Assembly (NCBI GenBank): GCA_027345195.1
Contig: DAHWIJ010000015.1
Coordinates: forward strand, 64,375 to 128,374
Origin: Thermoplasmatales archaeon
GTDB taxonomy: Archaea > Thermoplasmatota > Thermoplasmata > Thermoplasmatales > GCA-001856825
Length of the DNA: 64,000 bases
Direction: 5' to 3'
Positions within the stretch are counted from its first letter, which is position 1; every line of letters begins with the position of its first letter. The notes under the pieces were generated by a model. That model made no database searches, was not told where the DNA came from, and saw only the letters and a program-made list of their open reading frames with translations. This document shows, in pieces, positions 27,456 through 36,283 of this stretch. Both the position numbers and the translations under genes were made by a program.

Positions 27456-29558
27456 GTGAAAGAGAAGGTATTTGTATTTGCTGCCCTCCCTTACGTAAAC
27501 AGCAGTCTGCACCTTGGCCACATAGCTGGAGCCTACCTACCGTATGACGTATTCAGGAGATACCTGAAACTCAGGGGGTTTGAAGTTATAGCTACCTCTG
27601 GAAGCGACGAGCACGGCACTCCTATAACCTTAAGGGCTATCAGGGAGGGGATAAAACCCGAGGAGATAGTAGAGAAATTTCATAAGATTAACGTCAGCAT
27701 CTTCAATCAAATGGACATCGAGTTCGATGCATATATTGAGACGTCGTCGAAACTCCACAGAGATATAACATCAAACTTCCTGAAGAGGCTGAAAGACAGA
27801 GGGTTCATCTATGAAGCAGAGATGGTCCAGCCTTTTTGCTTAAAGGAAAACATATTCCTTGCTGACAGGTACGTCACAGGAAAGTGTCCTCACTGCGGCT
27901 ATGAATCCGCCACGGGGGACCAGTGCGAAAACTGCGGCCAGACCCTAGAACCTGGGGAGCTCATAAATCCGACATGCATTTTTGACCACAGCGTACCAGA
28001 ATTCAGAGAAACCAAACATCTCTTTTTCAAGCTATCCGCCCTGGCTGGAGACCTCCTCAGGTACATAGAATCAAGGCAGTCGTGGAGGATGAACGTCCTT
28101 AACTTTTCCAAAAATTTCATTTCTGGGGGGCTCAAGGATAGACCTATCACGCGAGACCTGAACTGGGGGGTTGATGTTCCGTTCGAGGGGTTCGAGAATA
28201 AGAAGATATATGTGTGGTTTGAGGCCCTAATCGGCTACCTGACCGGTATAAGCTCAGTCGTGGGCAGTCAGGAGGAGGCCTTACGGTTATGGAATGACCC
28301 CGGGCTCAGGTATTATCACTTCGTGGGGAAGGACAACATAGTCTTCCACTCAATCATCTGGCCGGCGATGCTTCTGGCACATGGGGATATGACCCTTCCG
28401 TATTTCGTAGCAGCCAACGAATTTCTCAATTTTCAAGGGGAAAAATTTTCCAAAAGCAAGGGAACCGGTTTCTCAATGCCACAGCTTCTTGAAAGATATA
28501 ACTCTGAATTCATCCGCTTTGGTGTGCTATACAACCTGCCTGAGGAGCACGATTCAGATTTCTCCATTGAAGAGTTTGAGAATAGGGTTAACACGGAACT
28601 GATAGACAAGTTCGGCAATTTCGTTAACCGCGCTCTAACCCTCGCCTTCAAGAAGGGGGCCGTCTCCGCAGACCAGATTTCGCAGAATGAGATGGATATC
28701 GACGCAGAGAACAAGATTAGGGAAACAATGGCCAACATAATTAGGGAGATGGATGGCGTTCACATTAGAAACGCATTCAGGTACTGGCTTGACCTGGCAT
28801 ACTTCGGGAACAGCTATATAACAGCCAGAAAGCCTTGGGATGCATGCAAGAAGGATGATGCGAATTGCAACGCTGCCATCTATACCGGGGTGAAGATAGT
28901 GTATGCCCTGGTTGTATTGGGACAGATATTCATTCCCAAGACCTCTGGCAAAATACTCTCCTGGCTAGGGTACGAGAAACCGGTGGAAATTCAAGAGGAC
29001 TTGACGTTCCCAGTGGCAAGGCTGGTTGTTAAACCTGAGAGGTTATTTGAAAAGATTGAGAACAAGGAAATAAACCTGAGGCTCAACGTTGCGAGGATTG
29101 AGGAAGTTTTAGATCACCCGAATGCCGAAAAGCTCTACCTTCTTGACTTAGATTTGGGGGATAGCAAGAGAAGAATAGTCAGTGGGATAAAGAACAGCTA
29201 CTCCAAGGAATCTCTGAAGGGGAAGAACATAATAGTTGTGACCAACCTTAAGCCGGCGGTGATTAGGGGGGAGGCCTCTAGGGGAATGCTTCTTGCTGCA
29301 GAAGATGAGCGCGGGATCCATCTCCTTCTAGCCCCCCTCGGCGCATCTCCCGGGGAGGAGGTCAAGATAGGGGATATGCAAACAAATCCAGTCGAAATAT
29401 CCATAGAAGAGTTCAGAAAATTCAACATCAAAACAGTTCTGAGTGAGGGAGACGTGGTCCCTGCACTCTTTGTTGGCGAGAAGCCCTACTTCTTTAAAAT
29501 ACTGGAGGGGAAAATTGTCGTTGACGGGGCGCCATCCGAAGGTTTAAGGATAAAATGA
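27456..29558 (+). CDS. metG: Methionyl-tRNA synthetase with a C-terminal tRNA-binding (Trbp111/EMAP-like) domain
   Basis: The HLGH (HIGH) motif, KFSKSKG (KMSKS) and Zn knuckles CPHCG...CENCG. The C-terminus includes HPNAEKLYLLDLDLG. Confidence 0.97.
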   Translation: MKEKVFVFAALPYVNSSLHLGHIAGAYLPYDVFRRYLKLRGFEVIATSGSDEHGTPITLRAIREGIKPEEIVEKFHKINVSIFNQMDIEFDAYIETSSKLHRDITSNFLKRLKDRGFIYEAEMVQPFCLKENIFLADRYVTGKCPHCGYESATGDQCENCGQTLEPGELINPTCIFDHSVPEFRETKHLFFKLSALAGDLLRYIESRQSWRMNVLNFSKNFISGGLKDRPITRDLNWGVDVPFEGFENKKIYVWFEALIGYLTGISSVVGSQEEALRLWNDPGLRYYHFVGKDNIVFHSIIWPAMLLAHGDMTLPYFVAANEFLNFQGEKFSKSKGTGFSMPQLLERYNSEFIRFGVLYNLPEEHDSDFSIEEFENRVNTELIDKFGNFVNRALTLAFKKGAVSADQISQNEMDIDAENKIRETMANIIREMDGVHIRNAFRYWLDLAYFGNSYITARKPWDACKKDDANCNAAIYTGVKIVYALVVLGQIFIPKTSGKILSWLGYEKPVEIQEDLTFPVARLVVKPERLFEKIENKEINLRLNVARIEEVLDHPNAEKLYLLDLDLGDSKRRIVSGIKNSYSKESLKGKNIIVVTNLKPAVIRGEASRGMLLAAEDERGIHLLLAPLGASPGEEVKIGDMQTNPVEISIEEFRKFNIKTVLSEGDVVPALFVGEKPYFFKILEGKIVVDGAPSEGLRIK

Positions 29559-30184
29559 GAGGCGACATTCACACCCATTCAAAGTATTCTCCAGATTCCA
29601 ACCTGGAACCGGCTGAGATAATCAAGACAGCCAGGATGGCAGGATTAGGTTTTATTGCGATATCTGATCACAACAGATTTGTTCAGCATAAGGGGGATAT
29701 GATCATTCTGAATGCAGAGGAGGTGTCTTCTGCGGATGGTCATATTCTCGCACTATTTATAGAAGGGGAGGTTCCCCCAAAACTTTCGCAGGAAGAGACT
29801 GTTGAGAAAATCCGTGACCTGAATGGAATAGCAATCTGTGCACATCCGTACAGGCTGGTTAACGGGGTGAGGTCGCGATTTGAGAATATCTATGACGCGA
29901 TCGAGGCAAAGAACGGAAGGTGTGGTACCTCGTGCAACGCGAGAGCCCAGCGGTTGGCAACAGAGTTAGGCATTCCTGTGACTGCAGGCAGTGATTCCCA
30001 CTATTATAACGAGGTTGGAAAGGTGTACATGGAGGTTGAAGAAGGGGATGAGGAATCCATAAGGAAGTCTATAGTCTCCGGAAGAGTCAAGATTGGAGGT
30101 GTTGACCTTTCCCTGGCCGGAAAATTTAATCTGTATTTCAAAATGGGAAAGGAGTATATACAAAGGGGTTTCAAGCGGATATAG
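29555..30184 (+). CDS. PHP-domain metal-dependent phosphoesterase
   Basis: DIHTHSKYSPDS, ISDHN and GSDSH motifs. It overlaps the metG stop by 4 nt. Confidence 0.8.
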   Translation: MRGDIHTHSKYSPDSNLEPAEIIKTARMAGLGFIAISDHNRFVQHKGDMIILNAEEVSSADGHILALFIEGEVPPKLSQEETVEKIRDLNGIAICAHPYRLVNGVRSRFENIYDAIEAKNGRCGTSCNARAQRLATELGIPVTAGSDSHYYNEVGKVYMEVEEGDEESIRKSIVSGRVKIGGVDLSLAGKFNLYFKMGKEYIQRGFKRI

Positions 30185-30212
30185 CCTCCCTTGAGAAAGA
30201 AGGTAAAGTAGC

Positions 30213-30710
30213 TTAGATGGAAAGCAGTCTTTCCGCTATTGTCTTTATTCTCTTCCGCATTTCCTCCTTCTGAGCCACCTTATCCTTGTTGTCGGTTATG
30301 TAGTCAGTCAACATCTCAAGGGTATCAACAGATTCATCAAGTCCGTTGAATCCAGTCCATGCCCTCATTCTGTTCCAGGGAAACCAGCTGCCTTCAAGAA
30401 TCTCCTTTCCCTTTTCTGTGATTGAATAATACTTCTTTCCATCCCTAATGTCGAGGCCAAGATAGCCCTCCTTGGTTAGACTGTCCAAGAGCGGATAAAT
30501 GTGCCCCGGGGATGGTCGCCAGTGTCCCATAGACATGTTTTCAATTTTTTCCATTATCATAGATCCGGTCGATGGCTCTCTGGAAACAATGCTAAGCACC
30601 CAATACTTCAGGCCGAATCCTCTGGATTGCCACCCGCTGTGTCCCATGTGACTGTGTCTGCTGTGCCCCCATCCTCCAAATTCTTCATCATCTCTCATCT
30701 TTATCACCAT
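30213..30710 (-). CDS. PadR-family transcriptional regulator with a Gly/His-rich N-terminal tail
   Basis: PSPGHIYPLLDSLTKEGYL is a PadR winged-helix signature. The N-terminus reads GGWGHSRHSHMGHSGW. Confidence 0.85.
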   Translation of the reverse strand: MVIKMRDDEEFGGWGHSRHSHMGHSGWQSRGFGLKYWVLSIVSREPSTGSMIMEKIENMSMGHWRPSPGHIYPLLDSLTKEGYLGLDIRDGKKYYSITEKGKEILEGSWFPWNRMRAWTGFNGLDESVDTLEMLTDYITDNKDKVAQKEEMRKRIKTIAERLLSI

Positions 30711-30830
30711 ATCTTTTTCAGATATCTATTTTAGATATGAAAAACAAGTACTTAAACTTAACCCAAGTAGCGATGGTGAGGAACGTACAATCTCTGCGAA
30801 CTGGTTGGTCTGCGCATTTCTCACGATGTT

Positions 30831-31253
30831 TTAGAGAATTTCAGCCACCTTGCTGCTCAAGCTCGTTATTTCCTTTTGAATGCTTTCATCGTACTTCTGA
30901 AGGTGGACCCCAATGAGGAACGAGTCCCTTATTGACCTTATGATAATTCTGCTCCCATTCCTTAGTTCTAGGTTCAGCTGGACAAACTTTACCCCAGTCG
31001 TGTTTGCGAGTTCAGACGCCCCTTCATACGTCAGGCTTACCAGGGAGGCTAGAAGTTGAGAGTCTACCCCTTCATTGTTACACACAAGTGGCACACCAAT
31101 CTTGGTGGTAAGAATGGTGCCCACAACGTACGGCTTTTTGGAGTATTCTTCCAGCAGGCCGTAAACATCCTCCCCTGACATTACTACTGTACATTTTTTC
31201 CTGTAATATAAATTTTCCAACTCTTTTGGTCCAAAATGAAAGAAATTCGTCAT
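30831..31253 (-). CDS. Roadblock/LC7 (MglB-like) domain protein
   Basis: 140 aa. The pattern YVVGTILTTKIGVPLV...SQLLASLVSLTYEGASELA...IIIRSIRDSFLIGV resembles the roadblock fold. Confidence 0.6.
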   Translation of the reverse strand: MTNFFHFGPKELENLYYRKKCTVVMSGEDVYGLLEEYSKKPYVVGTILTTKIGVPLVCNNEGVDSQLLASLVSLTYEGASELANTTGVKFVQLNLELRNGSRIIIRSIRDSFLIGVHLQKYDESIQKEITSLSSKVAEIL

Positions 31254-32125
31254 TCGACGTCTACGTCAAAAAGTTCTATCTCTTTCCCCCTAAGTAGTCC
31301 CAGATATAGGGTGCTCAGTTCTGCTATGATCTCGTTCTTGACGTATCCTTCGGAAGATGAGGAATCATAGGGGAACCCTCCGGTGTTTACTCCGTTGAAT
31401 CTTGATTCATTCTTCACCAGAAAGATATAGCCCCCCTCCTCCCCATCCTTCAGAGATGGCTCTGCATCTTGACCCACGAGCTTCACTTTCGTCTCAATGC
31501 CTGAGTTTGATGAGAGTAGCGAACGAAATCTCATTGCGAGACCTGCTGTAGAGGCTTCGTAAACGAGTGTCACATTCCCCTCGCGTATCTTGAGGGCAAG
31601 CTGCTTTGCCTCATTATTTGCAGACAGTTCCGACGGAAGGTTGGACTCAATAAACCGGTCCAATCCTCCGGTCTCTACCTTTATTCCGAAAATGGATAGC
31701 ATGCAGCCGAATATCTCCGGGAAGAGGAACCTAGCAGAATAGCCCTTCGGAAGGGGGAAATAGTCCCATCCCCTGCTTCTTGCCATTCCCTTAATCTGAC
31801 CCCCGGAAGATATCACTATACCCTTTCCCTTTGCACCATCCAGGGCAAGCATTGATTCCTTTAACTGGCCGGAGTAGGTGATTATGCAACTTGTGCAATC
31901 CGAATGAAATTGAGCGGAACCGTCCGGAAGCACCAGTCTTTCTCCAACGATATCCTTAGCCATTGCCGCTATGGTATACATATTACCGAAAGCATTCAGG
32001 CAGATAGTCCCTACCTCCCTCCCAGGATTGCATCTCAAGAATCTTTCAGGCGTCTGCTTGATCCAGGAGAAAGGTGGGGAATCGTCCATCTGGATAATGA
32101 ATTCGTCATCGAGGATGTTTTCCAC
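31250..32125 (-). CDS. SIS-fold protein resembling the archaeal bifunctional phosphoglucose/phosphomannose isomerase, with a degenerate first motif
   Basis: TYSGQLKESM, VISSGGQI, PKGYSARF and the C-terminal AGLAMRFRSLLSSNSG align with crenarchaeal PGI/PMI as I recall it. The GMGGSG phosphate loop is replaced by NAFGNMY. Confidence 0.5.
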   Translation of the reverse strand: MENILDDEFIIQMDDSPPFSWIKQTPERFLRCNPGREVGTICLNAFGNMYTIAAMAKDIVGERLVLPDGSAQFHSDCTSCIITYSGQLKESMLALDGAKGKGIVISSGGQIKGMARSRGWDYFPLPKGYSARFLFPEIFGCMLSIFGIKVETGGLDRFIESNLPSELSANNEAKQLALKIREGNVTLVYEASTAGLAMRFRSLLSSNSGIETKVKLVGQDAEPSLKDGEEGGYIFLVKNESRFNGVNTGGFPYDSSSSEGYVKNEIIAELSTLYLGLLRGKEIELFDVDVE

Positions 32126-32194
32126 ACTCCTATATCAACAATAGGTAGATAAAAACTAAAACAAACTTTTATTCTCTGAAACATTCCTGATTAA

Positions 32195-32944
32195 ATGGAG
32201 ATATCGATACTTGTAACCGTCAAGAACAGTCTTGAAAACCTGAGGTCACTAATCTTATCTCTCCAGTCCCTTGATAAAGGGTATGAAATCGTTGTGGTGG
32301 ACGCATATTCTACAGACGGTACTTTCGAGTATCTCCAGGGTTTAAATCGTGATTCAAGGGTCGTCATTGGCAGAAAGAAAGGCAACAGGGCGGTGGGGAG
32401 AAACGAATGCATAAGGCTATCAAGGGGGGAGAAGCTCGTGTTTCTAGACTCAGACACCCAGATTTCAGATAGCTGGGGCAAATCCCTTGAAGCTGCCGTG
32501 ACTCATGACATTGTAGCAGGCAGGATTATCCAGCAACCAGAATATCGATGGTCTGACTTGGGCAGGGTACCTATGCTGTTCAACGGAAAGGATGTGACTT
32601 ATCCCTCCAACAACCTGATGTATTCGAGGTACGTCATAGATGAGATTGGGATGTTTGACGAGCGCTTCAACACTGCCGAGGATATAGACCTGAACATCAG
32701 GGCCGTCATGAAGGGGTACGAGATTTTTTATGACCAAAACCTTGTGGTGTACCACCATCCCAGACAGACATTTGCGTCCCTTATGAGACAAAGCTACAGC
32801 GACGGAATCGGGAGGAGACTCATAAGGAAGAAATACGGTCTCAGGAGTTCTTTTAACACGGTAAATCTCAGGAAGCATCCTGTCATAGAATCATCGAGGC
32901 TGGCCTTCGGTTTCCTCGGTTACGTTTTCGGGAGGTCGAATTGA
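32195..32944 (+). CDS. Family 2 glycosyltransferase
   Basis: VVDAYSTDGT, the DxD-like FLDSDT, and AEDIDL. Confidence 0.85.
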   Translation: MEISILVTVKNSLENLRSLILSLQSLDKGYEIVVVDAYSTDGTFEYLQGLNRDSRVVIGRKKGNRAVGRNECIRLSRGEKLVFLDSDTQISDSWGKSLEAAVTHDIVAGRIIQQPEYRWSDLGRVPMLFNGKDVTYPSNNLMYSRYVIDEIGMFDERFNTAEDIDLNIRAVMKGYEIFYDQNLVVYHHPRQTFASLMRQSYSDGIGRRLIRKKYGLRSSFNTVNLRKHPVIESSRLAFGFLGYVFGRSN

Positions 32945-33633
32945 TATCTTACATCATCCCCGCTCTCAACGAAGAGGGTACCATAGGTAAGGTCATAGAA
33001 ACTATAAAGTCTATGGACAGGGAGTGCGAGATTATAGTGGTAGACTCGAATTCAACGGACAGGACTGCAGAGATTGTTCTATCGCTCGGTGCAAAACTGG
33101 TGAACGAGGAAAAACTTGGTTACGGAAATGCATACAGGGCCGGTTTCCTCGCGGCAAAAGGCGATCTGATAGCGACGCTTGACGCAGATGGCACATATCC
33201 GGCAACAGAACTCCTAAGAATGAGGGAACATCTGGCTAAAGGTTACGATTTCGTATCAGGTGAAAGGCTGACAGGCGCAACAAGGGAGGCGATGAGCCTG
33301 CAGCACAGAATTGGCAATGTAATCTTGAATCTTGTGACGAGGGTACTGTTCATGGTGGATATCAGGGACAGCCAGTCCGGGATGTGGCTCTTCCGAAGGG
33401 AAATAATGGAAAGAGTCCTCCCCCGAGGTACGGGAATGGAGTTCTCGGAGGAGATAAAGATAAGGGCAGCAACGGAATTCTGCTATTCAGAGATACCGAT
33501 CAGGTACGAAAGACGCATGGGTGAGAAGAAACTTAGGCCATGGAAAGACGGCATTTCCAATCTCATATTCCTCTTCAGGCTGAGGATAAGGTCTGGATTG
33601 AGGACAAAGTCCTTCAGATGTTCTCGATCCTAG
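32941..33633 (+). CDS. Family 2 glycosyltransferase (dolichyl-phosphate sugar synthase-like)
   Basis: IIPALNEEGTIG, VVDSNSTDRT and LDADGTYP. It uses a TTG start that overlaps the upstream stop. Confidence 0.85.
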   Translation: MISYIIPALNEEGTIGKVIETIKSMDRECEIIVVDSNSTDRTAEIVLSLGAKLVNEEKLGYGNAYRAGFLAAKGDLIATLDADGTYPATELLRMREHLAKGYDFVSGERLTGATREAMSLQHRIGNVILNLVTRVLFMVDIRDSQSGMWLFRREIMERVLPRGTGMEFSEEIKIRAATEFCYSEIPIRYERRMGEKKLRPWKDGISNLIFLFRLRIRSGLRTKSFRCSRS

Positions 33634-34354
33634 GCGCGATGAGGAATGTTACCTTTCCCTTGCCGTTCATTATGGGGGATTCCATCCTTAGTGGATAATC
33701 GTTCCCAACAGCGATTGAAACCTCCTCGGTAGTTTCCAGGGCCCGAAGAAATTTGGTGAGATATTCAAGAGCGAAAGAGCTTCTAGAATCTGTTGTGAAG
33801 ATGAACTCCTTCGCAAGGCTCTTGGGTATCGTCATCTCAGTTGTTTCGGAATCTGTCTCACCTTTCGCGTATATCCTGAGTTCATCGCTCTTTATGCTGA
33901 AAGTGACGACTTCAGAGATTCCCTCTGCAGCCTTAATCCCCTGTGAAAGGAGATTTATGTCCGTGACAATCTTGTCCGGTGGTTCAATGGAGGGGATTTT
34001 GGGGGTGGTCAGCGCAGACGGATCTATTATCGGTATACCTGCAGAAAGATTCCCCAGCTTCATTGATATCTTCTTCCCGTCATACTTGAACTCTATTATC
34101 TCATTGGGAGCTGTCAGTTTCAGGAAGTTCCTCATCTTTTCAATGTCGAGGCCAAGACTGTCCTCACCATTCACATCATATTCCTGAAATGCCTCCCTCT
34201 TGATCTCCATTGAAATCATTGCGACCCTGGCGGGGTCCATAACCTTTGCGGATATCCCGTCAGGCTTGAAATCTACTCTAGCCTCTTGGACGAGTGTCAA
34301 TATGATATTGGAAAATTCCCTTATAGTCTTGGCATCAACCTTAACCTGAAGCAT
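33614..34354 (-). CDS. pcn: DNA polymerase sliding clamp PCNA
   Basis: 246 aa. The N-terminal pattern, with VDFKPDGISAKVMDPARVAMISMEI, is typical of archaeal PCNA. Confidence 0.92.
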   Translation of the reverse strand: MLQVKVDAKTIREFSNIILTLVQEARVDFKPDGISAKVMDPARVAMISMEIKREAFQEYDVNGEDSLGLDIEKMRNFLKLTAPNEIIEFKYDGKKISMKLGNLSAGIPIIDPSALTTPKIPSIEPPDKIVTDINLLSQGIKAAEGISEVVTFSIKSDELRIYAKGETDSETTEMTIPKSLAKEFIFTTDSRSSFALEYLTKFLRALETTEEVSIAVGNDYPLRMESPIMNGKGKVTFLIAPRIENI

Positions 34355-34473
34355 AATTACCGAGAGTAAAAAATTACGTCCTTTTAAGCTTTTCCTTGAG
34401 CCCGTTGCCCAATAGGATGGCTAGTTTCGGTTCCATATCTAGTGACCAAGCGCAGAATTGAAAGGTGATCTAT

Positions 34474-34638
34474 TCAGTGGCTTAACTGACTGGTCGTCTG
34501 CTCTGAATAGCCACATCTGCCGCACGTAAGCCTGTCAGCGTGCTGGGCGAGGAACACGCCCGGACCGCACTTCGGACAGAACTTCCCCTTCCTGACGAGC
34601 TTTCCGTCCTCAACCTTGTACATTTCCCTCTTTTGCAT
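34474..34638 (-). CDS. rps27ae: 30S ribosomal protein S27ae (absent from the supplied ORF track)
   Basis: Hand translation of the minus strand gives [54 protein letters not shown]. This is the C4 zinc ribbon typical of S27ae, lying directly downstream of S24e as in other archaea. An alternative start is at 34623. Confidence 0.85.
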   Translation of the reverse strand: MQKREMYKVEDGKLVRKGKFCPKCGPGVFLAQHADRLTCGRCGYSEQTTSQLSH

Positions 34639-34936
34639 TTTTTTCTCCTTCCTTTGATTTCAGTCCGTTTCTGATGAGCAGGAAGTCTGGTTCTAGTGCC
34701 ATCGCTTCCTCTTTTGTCCTGTACACCTTCGCATACCCCTCGGTAAAATTTTTGCCGAATTTCGACTTCTGATTGTCTATTATCACAAGCTCCTTCTGAA
34801 CCTGGAGATTGGCAGCAATCTGATTCCTAGTTTCCTCTCTGCTTGGTGTCTTTTCCTTTGGATGTATGACCCTAAAGTGTACCTCTGTCCTGTTCAGGAG
34901 TTTATTTTCCTCTCTGCTCTCTATTTCGATCTTCAT
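34610..34936 (-). CDS. rps24e: 30S ribosomal protein S24e
   Basis: N-terminal [22 protein letters not shown], followed by [13 protein letters not shown]. Confidence 0.9.
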   Translation of the reverse strand: MKIEIESREENKLLNRTEVHFRVIHPKEKTPSREETRNQIAANLQVQKELVIIDNQKSKFGKNFTEGYAKVYRTKEEAMALEPDFLLIRNGLKSKEGEKNAKEGNVQG

Positions 34937-35446
34937 TCACTCTCCCCTTATTCTCTCAATGTTCGAATTCACCATCTGCCTGAGGTGTTCGCCAACCTCA
35001 TAGACGGCTATCCCCTTATCGGGAACGCCATAAATAACTATCGCACCGTCCGGTGCCAAAAGTATAGAGGGGATTGAAGCCAGGTCTTCCTCACCCTCCA
35101 CCTCTATAAGCGTATTCCCCTTAGATTTCAGGGCCGTCTCGATGGAGTTCCAAAGCTCCACAGTGATTGACCCAGCCGGATTCTTAATTCTCATCGATCT
35201 TTCCCACTTGTTGGGCAGCTGGGGAAGAATCTCCTCCCTCTTTGTCTTGTAGTCAACGATTGATAGCTTCGGAACCATCTTGTATTTCAGCGCGGTTGCG
35301 GTCACCACATCCCCTACGGTGATCAGCATCTTTCCGGCCAGGAACTCGAGCTGCGATTCTTTGGTCACCAGAACATCCGGAACTCTTGAGAATATTTCCC
35401 TGAACTCTTGGGGTACTACCAAGTCCCTATCTAACTTTAATAGCAT
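34937..35446 (-). CDS. DUF359 protein (GTP-dependent dephospho-CoA kinase family)
   Basis: TVGDVV, SIVDYKTKR, IKNPAGSIT and EVEGEEDLASIP motifs. Conserved position between spt4 and rps24e. Confidence 0.75.
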   Translation of the reverse strand: MLLKLDRDLVVPQEFREIFSRVPDVLVTKESQLEFLAGKMLITVGDVVTATALKYKMVPKLSIVDYKTKREEILPQLPNKWERSMRIKNPAGSITVELWNSIETALKSKGNTLIEVEGEEDLASIPSILLAPDGAIVIYGVPDKGIAVYEVGEHLRQMVNSNIERIRGE

Positions 35447-35612
35447 ACTCGCCTGGAGATGATATACCCGCTCTCTTCCCTATTATCGACCTTTCCGTAT
35501 CCAACACGAAGAGGTACCCCTTCCATTCAAGTACCGTTTCCGAACCGCATTTCTCGCACTTCGTTTCCTCGGTAACATTCTTGCAGTTCCTGCACGCCCG
35601 CAGCTTTATCAT
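35427..35612 (-). CDS. spt4: Transcription elongation factor Spt4 (RpoE'')
   Basis: 61 aa with the zinc ribbon CRNC...CEKCG and a trailing WKG motif. Confidence 0.85.
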   Translation of the reverse strand: MIKLRACRNCKNVTEETKCEKCGSETVLEWKGYLFVLDTERSIIGKRAGISSPGEYAIKVR

Positions 35613-36187
35613 TTTGTCTCACCCTTCAGCCATGCGAATTTGCCGAGGAAATTCTGCCTCATCGTTAGTCCTATCTTGCTCTCGTCAAGCCTCGAGTCAG
35701 AAAGCGAGAGGGCCACGATCCTTGTCCGTACGAGGTCCCCGACCTTCAGGTCCCTCTTTGTATCCTTCCCCATCATCCTCTTGTTTTCCTCGTCGACTTC
35801 TATCCTGTCATCCATGACCTGGCTGACGTGAAGGAGGCCCTCAATTGGCCCAATACTCACAAACGCGCCAAATTTCTTGACATCCGCAACATCTCCCTCA
35901 ACCACCTCCTGCATCATTGGCTGGTAAGCGAGTATCTTCATCTTGACTTCCTGGTATACCCCACTATCTCCGTGGACGATCCGTCCCTCTCCGTCAAGTT
36001 TCGACTCCAGCACAAGGAGATTGATGTACTTCCTGTCATTCACATCCCTCACAAGATTCCTGTCGAGAACACCTATCTTACCTTCGACATTTTTGATCGC
36101 AATATCCTTGGCAGTCCTCTCGTACTCTTCCCCAAGATGCTCGGGTGGAACTCTGACGGTTTCGTTAGTCTCAATTACGAAATACAT
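35609..36187 (-). CDS. rpoE: DNA-directed RNA polymerase subunit E' (Rpo7)
   Basis: N-terminal MYFVIE..ETVRVPPEHLG and a C-terminal S1 domain (GDVADVKKFGAFVSIGP.EGLLHVSQV). Confidence 0.9.
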   Translation of the reverse strand: MYFVIETNETVRVPPEHLGEEYERTAKDIAIKNVEGKIGVLDRNLVRDVNDRKYINLLVLESKLDGEGRIVHGDSGVYQEVKMKILAYQPMMQEVVEGDVADVKKFGAFVSIGPIEGLLHVSQVMDDRIEVDEENKRMMGKDTKRDLKVGDLVRTRIVALSLSDSRLDESKIGLTMRQNFLGKFAWLKGETK

Positions 36188-36283
36188 GTAAACCTCTTAT
36201 ATACCCCCAGATTTATCATTGGTATATATTTTTTTCAAGCTAAAATTACCTCTGCGCTTTAACGATTGTAGTATAAAACATTC

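Noticed and set aside
30213-30710. The Gly/His-rich N-terminal tail of the PadR regulator as a novel metal-sensing extension.
   Set aside because: From memory, similar Gly/His/Arg-rich N-terminal tails are common on archaeal PadR-like proteins. It is not distinctive enough to flag without a database comparison.
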